Position numbers and translations under genes: made by a program
From: Clostridia bacterium
GTDB taxonomy: Bacteria > Bacillota > Clostridia > UMGS1840
Reading direction: 5' to 3'
Length of the DNA stretch: 33,936 nt
NCBI GenBank assembly: GCA_017549265.1
Contig: JAFYVF010000116.1
Coordinates: 1 to 33,936, forward strand
Shown: piece after piece, positions 9,822 to 19,125 of the stretch
Position numbering within the stretch: the stretch's first letter is position 1
How the letters are laid out: the number at the start of each line of letters is the position of its first letter
The notes under the pieces: model-generated
What the model saw: the letters and a program-made list of their open reading frames with translations, nothing else
The model's database searches: none
What the model was told of the DNA's origin: nothing

Positions 9822-10981
9822 TTTCTTTTGCTTTTTTTGTTTTTTTTTGTTTTTTTTGTAAGAAAAAATAACAGCAAAGGAAGGCCTACCGTAATCGGTA
9901 AGAATATGGTAGAAATGATAGGGTAATAAGCAGATAAATCTGTTGGAATCATACCGGAACTATATAGCAAAAACATAAAAATAACAGCTGAAAATGCTGT
10001 TATTTTTTTTATTGTGAATACAACAAGGTTCCGGGGCACCCGACCGCAATCTTTGATTGCGTTATCGGGTCGGGTTCTTATTTTTTTACGGAAGCATTTT
10101 GCAGATTTCAACAACCTGCAGATTGCTTTTACACCAATCCACAGACAAAGAGCGCCATATAGAATATCGCAGAACGAATATGAAAGCGTGATGAATGACT
10201 CAGCATTTTCCACCAAAATTCCCACTTCTATCAAAGATGCGCAAAAGTATGTGGGGAACCTTGTGTTTTGTAGCACCGTTTCTCCTGCAATATTCAGATT
10301 AAAAAGATATACAAGTGTAAACAAAAAGGTGGTCAAAAGCCCTGCTTTGATAGAAATTTCCCCAATATTTTGTTGATTTTTAAAAGAATCAAAAAGAATC
10401 CATAAAAAAATAATTTCTGAAAAAGGGGAACAGAAAAGCTGCCATCCCTGACGTAAAAACTGTGATGTCATAGTGGGCAATGGTAATGTGATTTCTTTGA
10501 TTTCTCTAATTCCCAAAATCAGTAATAAAATGACGGAACCAATTACAATGGGGAGGATGATTTCTGCAAATCTCCCCATTATTTTTTCTTCTTTCAGACA
10601 AAGATAAACTGTCAGCAGTAAGACCAGTAAAATTCCCGTTGTCAACGGAAAATTGGTAGTAATGGAATACTTGATAAACTCCATATAATTGGCAATGCTC
10701 AGATAACTTGCCGCCAAACTGTAAAGCGCCAGTATAATCAGAAAAATACGATTTCCGATTTTCCCAAAACAGTTTCGGGTTACTGTGAAAAAATCACAGT
10801 TTGGATGATGGTTTACCACTTTTTGAAACAGTAAGGAAAAAACTACAAAAATCGCAAAGCTAAGCCACACGGAAAGGTAGCCGGTTTTAGGGCCTGCGCC
10901 GTTCCCGCCGATTCCGGATAACACATTTCCGAACAAAAATGCAGTCATCAGTGAAAATCCTTGTCGGTCAGTTAATTTCAT
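9788..10981 (-). CDS. Spore germination receptor B subunit (GerAB/GerKB family permease)
   Basis: About 10 hydrophobic helices (G.F.EIILP, GILVENAESFI), third gene of the ger operon. Start set at ATG 10981 behind AGAAGGTG. Carries an apparent 26-aa in-frame insertion. Confidence 0.8.
   Translation of the reverse strand: MKLTDRQGFSLMTAFLFGNVLSGIGGNGAGPKTGYLSVWLSFAIFVVFSLLFQKVVNHHPNCDFFTVTRNCFGKIGNRIFLIILALYSLAASYLSIANYMEFIKYSITTNFPLTTGILLVLLLTVYLCLKEEKIMGRFAEIILPIVIGSVILLLILGIREIKEITLPLPTMTSQFLRQGWQLFCSPFSEIIFLWILFDSFKNQQNIGEISIKAGLLTTFLFTLVYLFNLNIAGETVLQNTRFPTYFCASLIEVGILVENAESFITLSYSFCDILYGALCLWIGVKAICRLLKSAKCFRKKIRTRPDNAIKDCGRVPRNLVVFTIKKITAFSAVIFMFLLYSSGMIPTDLSAYYPIISTIFLPITVGLPLLLFFLTKKTKKNKKSKRNQNSNSFSEKL
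10000..10087. repeat. GC-rich palindromic element in frame within gerB, flanked by 10-bp direct repeats
   Basis: TTATTTTTTT at 10000-10009 and 10078-10087 (78 bp apart). Between them ACCCGACC(10038-45)/GGTCGGGT(10068-75) and CGCAATC(10045-51)/GATTGCG(10055-61) form a bulged hairpin. Confidence 0.65.
10038..10087 (+). terminator. Possible intrinsic terminator for the + strand radC transcript, embedded in gerB
   Basis: The GC-rich hairpin 10038-10075 is followed by TCTTATTTTTTT on the + strand, ~220 nt after the radC stop. Confidence 0.35.
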
Positions 10982-10997
10982 AAAAGGCACCTTCTTT

Positions 10998-11594
10998 TTA
11001 TTTCTTAATATCTTTCACTTTTGTTATCGGAAAAAAGCCGTTTTCTGACAGTGAAACAGTTGGAATATTTTGGAGATTCTCCTGATTTTTGATGATTTGA
11101 TAAAGTTTGCAATTTAAAAAGTATTTTTCTTTGCGAAGCCACTGGGTGAGAGGAATTCCAAAGGATTTGTCCTCTTGCAAAAACAAGTCGTTTTCTGTAA
11201 AGTCTGCTCGCAATACTGAAATATCAGCCGGAATCATCCGCAGATAAAACAGTTCTTCCAACCATTTTCCTTCTGGGTTTTCTTGTAATTCTTTTCCCAC
11301 TAATAATACTTTTGCCCGAAACAAATAAAGGGGCGTTTTGGAATGCTTTTCAAGGCTGAAAAATGCTTCCTCTAAAGAAGGAGCGGACACACGAATTGGC
11401 TGCGTTTTAGTCATTTCTCCGCTCTTTTGCTCCGAAACTTTTGCACAATCAGCAATGAGAATATAATTTTTTTGATGTTTTTCCAAAAACAGACCTGTTA
11501 CAACAGAAATATTCCCCAACTCATCCTGTTGGACGCAGCCGGTTTGCATACTTAAGATACTTCCTGCAAGAACCCAGATCAGAAGCCTTTTCAT
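10998..11594 (-). CDS. Spore germination receptor C subunit (Ger(x)C lipoprotein), short 198-aa form
   Basis: Signal peptide MKRLLIWVLAGSILSMQTGC ending in a lipobox-like Cys, then EL...SVVTGL and SLEEAF...LYLFRAKVLLVGKEL typical of the GerC N-terminal domain. ATGA overlap with the gerA stop fixes the start at 11594. Confidence 0.75.
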   Translation of the reverse strand: MKRLLIWVLAGSILSMQTGCVQQDELGNISVVTGLFLEKHQKNYILIADCAKVSEQKSGEMTKTQPIRVSAPSLEEAFFSLEKHSKTPLYLFRAKVLLVGKELQENPEGKWLEELFYLRMIPADISVLRADFTENDLFLQEDKSFGIPLTQWLRKEKYFLNCKLYQIIKNQENLQNIPTVSLSENGFFPITKVKDIKK

Positions 11595-13024
11595 TTGTAA
11601 TTTTTCACCTTGTTTTTCTTTTTTAAAAATCGGTAGGGACCACGGATATAAATATCCCAAAGATTTCCTTTTTGAGGAATCATTTGAGCCAAATAGCTTT
11701 TCCCTGCAACAGTGATATCTGAAAGGTAAGTGATAAGAGCGATGGCTCCGAAGACCACTCCGTAAATCCCCAAAAAAGATGCAGCAATCAAGATAACCAA
11801 GCGGATTAAAATCAGCGGGCCCCTCATTTGTGGCAGAACGTTGGTACAAAGTCCGCTGATTGCCACAATGATAATGGCAGGTACGGAAATAATATTTGCC
11901 TCCACAGCTGTCTGCCCCAAAATCAAAGCTCCTGCAATACTTAAAGTTTGTCCGATTGCTGAGGGAGTTCGTGTGGATGCTTCTCGTAAAATTTCAAAAA
12001 ACAAAAAGAAAATAAAAAGCTCCAACGTGGCGGAAAAGGGAACATTCATTCTGCTGGAACTGATGCTCTGCAACAATTTTTCCGGCAAAATTTCCAATTG
12101 AAATTTTACAGCTGCCAGGTAAATGGCAGGTAAAAATATTGCAATCATGAATGAAATATATCGCAACAACCGGGAAATGGAACCGTAATAAAAATTTACA
12201 CTGTAATCATCCGTGGAAGAAAAATATTCGTGAAATAAAAAGGGGAGAGTAATCACCTGCGGAGTACCATCTGCCAAAATCGCAATTCTTCCTTCCAAAA
12301 GCTTGTGACAAACCACATCAGGACGTTCAGTAGAACCGGTGGTTTTAAAGGGAGAAAAAGGCTTGTCTTTTAAGAGCTCTGCCAGTTGATTGGTGTCGGT
12401 TAATCCGTCCGTTACAATTTCATGTAAACGGTTACGGATTTTTTTGACTAATTCGGGGTGACAAACGCCGTCAAGATATGCCATAATGACGGTGGTTTTT
12501 GTTTGATTGCCTACGGTGAAATTTTCCAGTTTTAAGTGTTCGTTTTTTAGTCTTCGCATAATGAGGGCGGTGTTAAATAAAATCAGTTCGCAAAAGCCTT
12601 CCCTTGGACCTTTCAGCGTTTTTTCGTTTTCGGGTTCTGAAACGGTTCTTGTGGCAGGGAATCTTGCATTTACGGCTAACGGTGTTTTGAAACCGTCTAA
12701 GAAAAAAATCACGTCTCCGGAGAACAAACGCTGTACCAATTCGTCTATATTTTGTATGAGAACCACGTCATTGGACTGAAATACGCTGTTTTTTAAAAAT
12801 TGAAGTTGGTCTTCTTGTTGGGAAAACAATACATTTCCGATAAAAGGTTTCACCACATAATCGTTAACCAAACTGGAACCAACCAAACCGTCTGAAAATA
12901 TTGCCAGCCCTTTTGTTTCGGGAGATACAGCGTTTTCCATATAACGAAAAACAATCATACAGTTTCCTTGAAACCGTTCTTGTAATTGGGTAATATTTTC
13001 ATCCAAATTTGTACTGAAATCCAT
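11591..13024 (-). CDS. Spore germination receptor A subunit (GerAA/GerKA family)
   Basis: EPENEKTLKGPREGF.E, TERPD, LLEGRIAILADGTP, R..VPF, EILREA..R.P..IG..LSI.G.LILGQ.AVEA. RBS AGGGGG. Confidence 0.93.
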   Translation of the reverse strand: MDFSTNLDENITQLQERFQGNCMIVFRYMENAVSPETKGLAIFSDGLVGSSLVNDYVVKPFIGNVLFSQQEDQLQFLKNSVFQSNDVVLIQNIDELVQRLFSGDVIFFLDGFKTPLAVNARFPATRTVSEPENEKTLKGPREGFCELILFNTALIMRRLKNEHLKLENFTVGNQTKTTVIMAYLDGVCHPELVKKIRNRLHEIVTDGLTDTNQLAELLKDKPFSPFKTTGSTERPDVVCHKLLEGRIAILADGTPQVITLPFLFHEYFSSTDDYSVNFYYGSISRLLRYISFMIAIFLPAIYLAAVKFQLEILPEKLLQSISSSRMNVPFSATLELFIFFLFFEILREASTRTPSAIGQTLSIAGALILGQTAVEANIISVPAIIIVAISGLCTNVLPQMRGPLILIRLVILIAASFLGIYGVVFGAIALITYLSDITVAGKSYLAQMIPQKGNLWDIYIRGPYRFLKKKNKVKNYK

Positions 13025-13046
13025 AAAAAATACCCCCTTTTTTGTT

Positions 13047-13075
13047 TATTTTTAAAAAAATCAAAAAAATTATGC
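13047..13075 (-). promoter_or_regulatory. Candidate forespore sigma-G-type promoter of the ger operon
   Basis: Minus strand GCATA (13075-13071), 17 nt, then AAAAATA (13053-13047), compared with the consensus GHATA-N17/18-CATAHTA. The -10 match is imperfect and the region is very AT-rich. Confidence 0.35.
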
Positions 13076-13124
13076 AAAAATTTAAAAAAATTTGAAAAAA
13101 AGTCTTCCTTTTATGAGTTTATTA

Positions 13125-13133
13125 TGTTATAAT
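13125..13133 (+). promoter_or_regulatory. Extended -10 sigma-A promoter upstream of asnS
   Basis: TGTTATAAT at 13125-13133 with a poor -35 (TTCCTT) and upstream A-tracts resembling an UP element. Confidence 0.55.
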
Positions 13134-13218
13134 AAAATATCAAATTATGGATTGATTATAATTATATACCAATCCCACCAATTTTGTAATGAAAAAAGAA
13201 TAGATATGGAGGAAGACC

Positions 13219-14610
13219 ATGCGTACCACAGAAATCAAAGAACTTTACAAAACTCACACATCCTTGGATAATCAGGAGGTGTATGTAACCGGTTGGGTAA
13301 GAACCATCCGTGATTCCAAAGCATTCGGTTTTATCGAATTAAATGACGGAACATTTTTCAAAAATATTCAGATTGTGTTCAGCCAGGATAAGTTAGACAA
13401 TTATGCTGAAATCGCTGCCTTAAACGTGGGTGCTGCATTAAGAGTAAGAGGGATTCTGTTAGAAACCCCCGAGTCCAAACAGCCTTTTGAAATTCAGGCA
13501 GAAGAAATTATCATTGAAGGTGTTTCCACTCCCGACTATCCTCTGCAGAAAAAACGTCACAGTGTAGAATACCTCCGTCAGATTGCGCATCTTCGTCCTC
13601 GCTCCAATCTGTTCTCTGCGGTATTTCGTATCCGCTCCTTAGTTGCATTTGCAATTCATCAGTTCTTTAATGAACGCGGTTTTGTGTATGTGCACACTCC
13701 CATTATCACCGGAAGTGACTGTGAGGGTGCAGGGGAAATGTTTAGAGTTACCACTTTAGATTTAAACGAACTGCCCATGCAGGATGGTAAAGTTGATTTC
13801 TCCGAAGACTTTTTCGGAAAATCCACTAACTTAACCGTTTCCGGTCAGTTGAATGTGGAAACCTATGCAATGGCGTTCAAAAAGGTTTATACCTTTGGTC
13901 CCACCTTCCGTGCAGAAAATTCCAATACCAGTCGCCATGCTGCAGAGTTCTGGATGATTGAGCCTGAAATTGCCTTTGCAGATTTAAATGACGATATGGA
14001 ATTAGCAGAAGATATGTTAAAATACATTATCCGCTATGTTTTAGAAAATGCTCCTGAAGAAATGGAATTTTTCAATAACTTTGTGGATAAGACACTGCTT
14101 GAAAGATTAAACTTTGTTGCAAATTCCGATTTTGGCAGAGTGACCTATACCGAAGCAGTTGAAATTTTAGAAAAATGCGGCGAAAAATTTGAGTATCCCG
14201 TAAAATGGGGTATTGACCTGCAGACTGAACACGAACGTTATTTAACCGAAACCGTGTTCAAAAAACCCATTTTCGTTACCGACTATCCCAAGGATATCAA
14301 AGCATTCTATATGCGTTTAAACGATGACGGTAAAACCGTTGCTGCAATGGACTGCTTAGTTCCCGGCGTTGGCGAAATCATCGGCGGTAGCCAGAGAGAA
14401 GAAAGAATGGATGTTCTTTTGGAACGTATGAAAGAAATGGGCTTAAACGAAGAAGACTACGGATTCTATCTGGATTTAAGAAAATATGGTTCCAACAAAC
14501 ATGCAGGTTACGGCTTAGGTTTTGAACGTGCAATTATGTATTTAACCGGTATGTCCAATATCCGTGACGTAATTCCGTTCCCCAGAACAGTGGGAACCGC
14601 TGAATTTTAA
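13219..14610 (+). CDS. asnS: Asparagine--tRNA ligase
   Basis: OB-fold [81 protein letters not shown]. Confidence 0.97.
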   Translation: MRTTEIKELYKTHTSLDNQEVYVTGWVRTIRDSKAFGFIELNDGTFFKNIQIVFSQDKLDNYAEIAALNVGAALRVRGILLETPESKQPFEIQAEEIIIEGVSTPDYPLQKKRHSVEYLRQIAHLRPRSNLFSAVFRIRSLVAFAIHQFFNERGFVYVHTPIITGSDCEGAGEMFRVTTLDLNELPMQDGKVDFSEDFFGKSTNLTVSGQLNVETYAMAFKKVYTFGPTFRAENSNTSRHAAEFWMIEPEIAFADLNDDMELAEDMLKYIIRYVLENAPEEMEFFNNFVDKTLLERLNFVANSDFGRVTYTEAVEILEKCGEKFEYPVKWGIDLQTEHERYLTETVFKKPIFVTDYPKDIKAFYMRLNDDGKTVAAMDCLVPGVGEIIGGSQREERMDVLLERMKEMGLNEEDYGFYLDLRKYGSNKHAGYGLGFERAIMYLTGMSNIRDVIPFPRTVGTAEF

Positions 14611-14638
14611 TATTACTGCCATATCTCGTTAGGAAGGA

Positions 14639-15403
14639 TTGAATAAAATGGAAATTCTTGGGTTTATTCTGTTTGTATTCGTGGTATTTTATCTGTTTCA
14701 AAAACGGTCTCTGATTCCGTACCGCAAGGGTGTGAAAGAAGTGTTAGCCGGAGATGCCTCCGTAGGCATGGAGATGCTTCGCAAGGCGTATAGCCAAGGA
14801 CTTACCCCTGCTCAACAGATTCAGGTAGCCTATGCTGAATTGAAATTCGGTGAAGTCCGGGAAGCAAAAAAAATATTGAACCTGCTTTTAATGAATTCTA
14901 AAATTAAGCCTGCCATAAAAGCTCAGGCAAGATGTATGACGGCAATCATTGCTCTGCAAAACAAAGAGCTTTCCGATGCCAAAGAAATCTTGGAAGATAT
15001 TAAAAGTGATGGTCTGGTGAATACCAACTTTTACGCTACCTATGGTTATATGGCAATTCTCACGGAAGATGAGGAATATTATACCAAGGCAAACGAAGAA
15101 GCTTATCGCTACAATCCCGAAAACACAGTAATATGTGATAACTACGGATTGTGTTTCTTCAAAAAAGGCGACCTTGAAAAAGCAAAAGAAATCTATTCTG
15201 AGTTGATGAATCAAAACCCGAATTTCCCCGAAGCATATTACAATTATGCTTGTGTTTTAGAAAAAATGGGCGATATCAAGCAAGCAGTGGAAATGCTTGG
15301 TGAAGCTTTGAATCTTGAATTTACCGGCGTTACCACCATTCAAAGAGGTGCTGTGGAAGCATATCATCAAAGCCTCAAGAATCAGTTGGAAAAAGAACAA
15401 TAG
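14639..15403 (+). CDS. Membrane-anchored tetratricopeptide-repeat protein
   Basis: N-terminal TM helix, then TPR-like units (YGLCFFKKGDLEKAKEIY...NPNFPEAYYNYA...GDIKQA). TTG start after AGGAAGG; ATG 14648 is an alternative. Confidence 0.75.
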   Translation: MNKMEILGFILFVFVVFYLFQKRSLIPYRKGVKEVLAGDASVGMEMLRKAYSQGLTPAQQIQVAYAELKFGEVREAKKILNLLLMNSKIKPAIKAQARCMTAIIALQNKELSDAKEILEDIKSDGLVNTNFYATYGYMAILTEDEEYYTKANEEAYRYNPENTVICDNYGLCFFKKGDLEKAKEIYSELMNQNPNFPEAYYNYACVLEKMGDIKQAVEMLGEALNLEFTGVTTIQRGAVEAYHQSLKNQLEKEQ

Positions 15404-15427
15404 AAAGGATACAGTAGGAGTCAGATT

Positions 15428-18400
15428 ATGGAAATTTTTAGAATTTATGCAGAAAAAAAAGACGGCTTTGACATTGCAGCAAAATCCGTTTGCAAAGACT
15501 TAAGAGACAACTTAAATATCAAGGAACTGGAAAAAGTTCGTGTTTTGGTTCGTTACGATATATACGGCATCACCCAAGAAGAATACGAAAAAGCAAAATA
15601 TGTTATCTTTTCCGAACCGATGCAGGATTTCGTGTACGACGAAACTGTGGACTTAGCAGATGCCAAAACGTTTGTGATGGAATATCTACCCGGTCAGTAT
15701 GACCAGAGAGCAGACTCTGCAGCGCAGTGTGTGCAGGTTATCACCGGGAAAGAACGTCCTATTGTAAAAACCGCTACTGTGTATGCTTTCTTAGGAAATG
15801 TGTCTGATGAAAAATTAGAAGAAATCAAAAAATATCTGATTAACCCTGTAGAAGCAAGAGAAGCAAAAGCCGAAAAACCCACCACGTTGATTGATGTGGT
15901 TACTGAACCTGCAGATGTTGCTGTGATTGACGGTTTTATCACTGCAGACGAAGCAACTTTAAAACAGATGATTTCTGATTATGGATTTGCGATGGACTTT
16001 GATGATATTTGCTTCTGTCAGAAATATTTTAAAGAGGAAGAGGGCAGAAACCCCACTTTAACCGAACTTCGTATGATTGACACCTACTGGTCTGACCATT
16101 GCCGTCATACCACTTTTGCAACTCATTTAACCGACATCAAAGTAGAAGACGAACTGGTAAACGAAGTATATAACGATTATTGCAATGCAAGAATAACTCT
16201 CGGCAGAAGCAAAAAACCCATTTGCTTAATGGATATTGCTACCATTGCGGCAAAAGAACTGAAAAAAATGGGTTATCTTAAAAATTTGGATGAATCCGAA
16301 GAAATCAATGCATGTTCCATTGAGGTAGAAGCAGAAGTAAACGGCAAAAAAGAAGCTTACCTCATTATGTTCAAAAACGAAACCCATAACCATCCCACCG
16401 AAATTGAACCTTTTGGTGGTGCGGCAACTTGTTTGGGTGGAGCAATCCGTGACCCGCTGTCCGGCCGTTCCTATGTATATCAGGCAATGCGTATTACCGG
16501 TAGCGGTGATCCGAGAAAATCCTTAAAAGATACCTTACCCGGTAAACTGCCTCAAAGAAAAATCTCCAAAGTTGCAGCAAAAGGCTACAGCTCCTACGGG
16601 AACCAGATTGGTCTGGCAACCGGTTTGGTAAGAGAAGTATATGACGAAGGCTATGTTGCAAAACGTTTAGAAATCGGTGCCGTTGTTGGTGCTGTTCCCA
16701 AAGCAAGCGTAGTAAGAGAACGTCCCCAGCCCGGCGATAAAATTATTTTGTTAGGCGGTAGAACCGGACGTGACGGTTGCGGCGGTGCAACCGGTTCTTC
16801 CAAAGCGCACACTATGGAATCTTTAGAATCCTGCGGTGCAGAAGTGCAGAAGGGTAATCCTCCTGAAGAACGTAAAATCCAGCGTTTGATGAGAAAGAAA
16901 GAAGTTACCACTTTAATCAAACGTTGTAATGACTTTGGTGCAGGCGGTGTGTCTGTTGCTATCGGTGAACTTTGTGACGGTCTGGTAATTCAGCTGGACA
17001 AAGTTCCGAAAAAATACGAAGGTTTAGATGGAACTGAACTGGCAATTTCCGAGTCTCAAGAACGTATGGCTGTTGTGGTGGCAGCAAGTGATGCAGATAA
17101 ATTCATCGCTTATGCTAATGAAGAAAACTTAGAAGCAACCTTAGTTGCCGATGTTACCGACACCAATCGACTGGAAATGTACTGGAGAGGTAACAAAATT
17201 GTAAATCTGTCCAGAACCTTCTTAAATTCCAACGGTGCTTCCAAACAGGCAAAAGTTACCGTTCCCAAAATTGAACTGAAAAACGCATTATGCGGAGAAT
17301 TCTCTGACCTTAGCGAAATGCTCTCCGACTTGAATATTTGCTCTCAGAAGGGCTTGATTGAAAACTTTGACTCCACCATCGGTGCAGCAACTGTTTTAAT
17401 GCCCTTCGGCGGAAAATATGAACTGACTCCTGAAGATGTTATGGCGGCAAAAATTCCTGTAGAATACGGTGATACCACCACCGCTACCGTAATGAGCTAC
17501 GGATATAATTCCAAGCTGTCTTCTGTATCCACCTTCCACGGTGCATACTATGCGGTAATTGAATCCGTTGCAAGAATTATTGCGGCAGGTGCCAAACTGT
17601 CTGACACCTATTTAACCTTCCAGGAATATTTTGAACGTCTTCGTGATGAATCAACCCGTTGGGGTAAACCTTTTGCAGCGTTACTGGGTGCATACCACGC
17701 GCAGAAACTTTTGAAAATTGCAGCAATCGGCGGAAAAGACTCTATGTCCGGTTCCTTTAATGATATGGATGTTCCGCCCACATTGGTATCCTTTGCAATT
17801 GCACCTGTTTCTACCAAAAATATTATTTCCCGGGAAATGAAACAGAAAAATTCCAAAGTATATCTGCTGGAAACTCCTGTTTTAGAAAACGGACTCCTTG
17901 ATATGGATAAATTCCTGGAAAATATCCATTGGTTAGAAGAAAACCTGGCAAACGGTACTGTGATTTCTGCATCTGCTGTTTCTTACGGCGGTATTGCAGA
18001 AGCAGTCACCAAAATGGTGTTAGGTAACCGCATTGGTTTCACCTTTGAAAAAAATGACGGCTTATTTGATAAAAAATACGGTTCTTTCGTGGTAGAAACT
18101 GAAAAAGATTTAGACGCGACCTTAATCGGTACTACCAATGAATCTGAAACCATTGTGATGGACGGCAAAGAATACAGCTTAGCTCAGCTGTCTGACACAT
18201 TTGAAAAACCCCTGGCAAAAGTATATCCCCCTTATGCAGATGAAATTAGCGGTGAAATGGCAGATTGCGAATACAAAACTGCAAACATCGTGACTTCTTC
18301 CATCAAGGTGGCAAAACCCAAGGTGTTAATTCCTGTATTCCCCGGTTCCAACTGTGAATACGATTCTGCAAGACGCTTTGAAAAAGCAGGTGCAGAACCC

Positions 18401-19111
18401 GAAATTATGGTATTTAAAAACCTGACTGTTTCTATGTTGGAAGAATCCGTGGAAGCAATGGCGAATGCTATCGAAAAATCTCAGATTATGATGATTCCCG
18501 GCGGTTTCTCCGGTGGTGACGAGCCCGACGGTAGCGGTAAATTCATTTCCGCAGTGTTAAGAAACCCCAAAATCAAAGATGCAATCAGCAGACTTCTCTA
18601 TCAGAGAGACGGTTTGATGCTGGGTATCTGTAACGGCTTCCAGGCACTCATTAAATTAGGTCTGGTTCCTTACGGCGATATCTTAGAACCCAACGAAAAC
18701 TGGCCTACCTTAACCTTTAACACCATTCCTCGTCATATTTCGACAATGGTAGACGTAAAAGTAGCATCCAATCTGTCTCCCTGGTTAGCAAATACCAAGG
18801 TTGGCGATGTGTATAAAACTGCAATTTCTCACGGGGAAGGCAGATTCACCGCACCCAAAGCAGTGCTGGATGAACTGATTAAGAACGGTCAGGTGGCTAC
18901 TCAGTACGTTGATCCCAACGGTAAGCCCACCTATGATCCCAGATACAATCCCAACGGTTCTTTATGCTCCATTGAAGGTATCACCTCCAAAGACGGCAGA
19001 ATCTTTGGTAAAATGGGTCACTCTGAACGTATTGCAGATAGCTTGTATAAAAATATCGACGGTTCCTTCGATATGAAACTCTTTGAATCCGGCGTAGCAT
19101 ACTTCAAATAA
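15428..19111 (+). CDS. purL: Phosphoribosylformylglycinamidine synthase, large fused clostridial type
   Basis: DTYWSDHCRH, ETHNHPTEIEPFGGA, NDFGAGG, SESQERM, GGKDSMSG, plus a C-terminal glutaminase domain (FPGSNCE, GICNGFQ, MGHSER); 1227 aa. Confidence 0.97.
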   Translation: MEIFRIYAEKKDGFDIAAKSVCKDLRDNLNIKELEKVRVLVRYDIYGITQEEYEKAKYVIFSEPMQDFVYDETVDLADAKTFVMEYLPGQYDQRADSAAQCVQVITGKERPIVKTATVYAFLGNVSDEKLEEIKKYLINPVEAREAKAEKPTTLIDVVTEPADVAVIDGFITADEATLKQMISDYGFAMDFDDICFCQKYFKEEEGRNPTLTELRMIDTYWSDHCRHTTFATHLTDIKVEDELVNEVYNDYCNARITLGRSKKPICLMDIATIAAKELKKMGYLKNLDESEEINACSIEVEAEVNGKKEAYLIMFKNETHNHPTEIEPFGGAATCLGGAIRDPLSGRSYVYQAMRITGSGDPRKSLKDTLPGKLPQRKISKVAAKGYSSYGNQIGLATGLVREVYDEGYVAKRLEIGAVVGAVPKASVVRERPQPGDKIILLGGRTGRDGCGGATGSSKAHTMESLESCGAEVQKGNPPEERKIQRLMRKKEVTTLIKRCNDFGAGGVSVAIGELCDGLVIQLDKVPKKYEGLDGTELAISESQERMAVVVAASDADKFIAYANEENLEATLVADVTDTNRLEMYWRGNKIVNLSRTFLNSNGASKQAKVTVPKIELKNALCGEFSDLSEMLSDLNICSQKGLIENFDSTIGAATVLMPFGGKYELTPEDVMAAKIPVEYGDTTTATVMSYGYNSKLSSVSTFHGAYYAVIESVARIIAAGAKLSDTYLTFQEYFERLRDESTRWGKPFAALLGAYHAQKLLKIAAIGGKDSMSGSFNDMDVPPTLVSFAIAPVSTKNIISREMKQKNSKVYLLETPVLENGLLDMDKFLENIHWLEENLANGTVISASAVSYGGIAEAVTKMVLGNRIGFTFEKNDGLFDKKYGSFVVETEKDLDATLIGTTNESETIVMDGKEYSLAQLSDTFEKPLAKVYPPYADEISGEMADCEYKTANIVTSSIKVAKPKVLIPVFPGSNCEYDSARRFEKAGAEPEIMVFKNLTVSMLEESVEAMANAIEKSQIMMIPGGFSGGDEPDGSGKFISAVLRNPKIKDAISRLLYQRDGLMLGICNGFQALIKLGLVPYGDILEPNENWPTLTFNTIPRHISTMVDVKVASNLSPWLANTKVGDVYKTAISHGEGRFTAPKAVLDELIKNGQVATQYVDPNGKPTYDPRYNPNGSLCSIEGITSKDGRIFGKMGHSERIADSLYKNIDGSFDMKLFESGVAYFK

Positions 19112-19125
19112 AAGAGGTATTATAA

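Noticed and set aside
10021-10087. Hairpin considered as a riboswitch or ribozyme (ZTP, SAH, c-di-GMP, purine)
   Set aside because: It lacks the conserved motifs I know for those classes and lies deep in a coding region; an Rfam scan would be decisive.
10014-10376. 120-aa + strand ORF crossing the palindrome
   Set aside because: It is antisense to gerB with no RBS and no recognisable motif; probably a shadow ORF, and not a transposase.
11595-11849. 85-aa N-terminal extension of the GerC ORF
   Set aside because: It lies inside gerA in another frame; the signal peptide begins at the ATGA-coupled ATG 11594.
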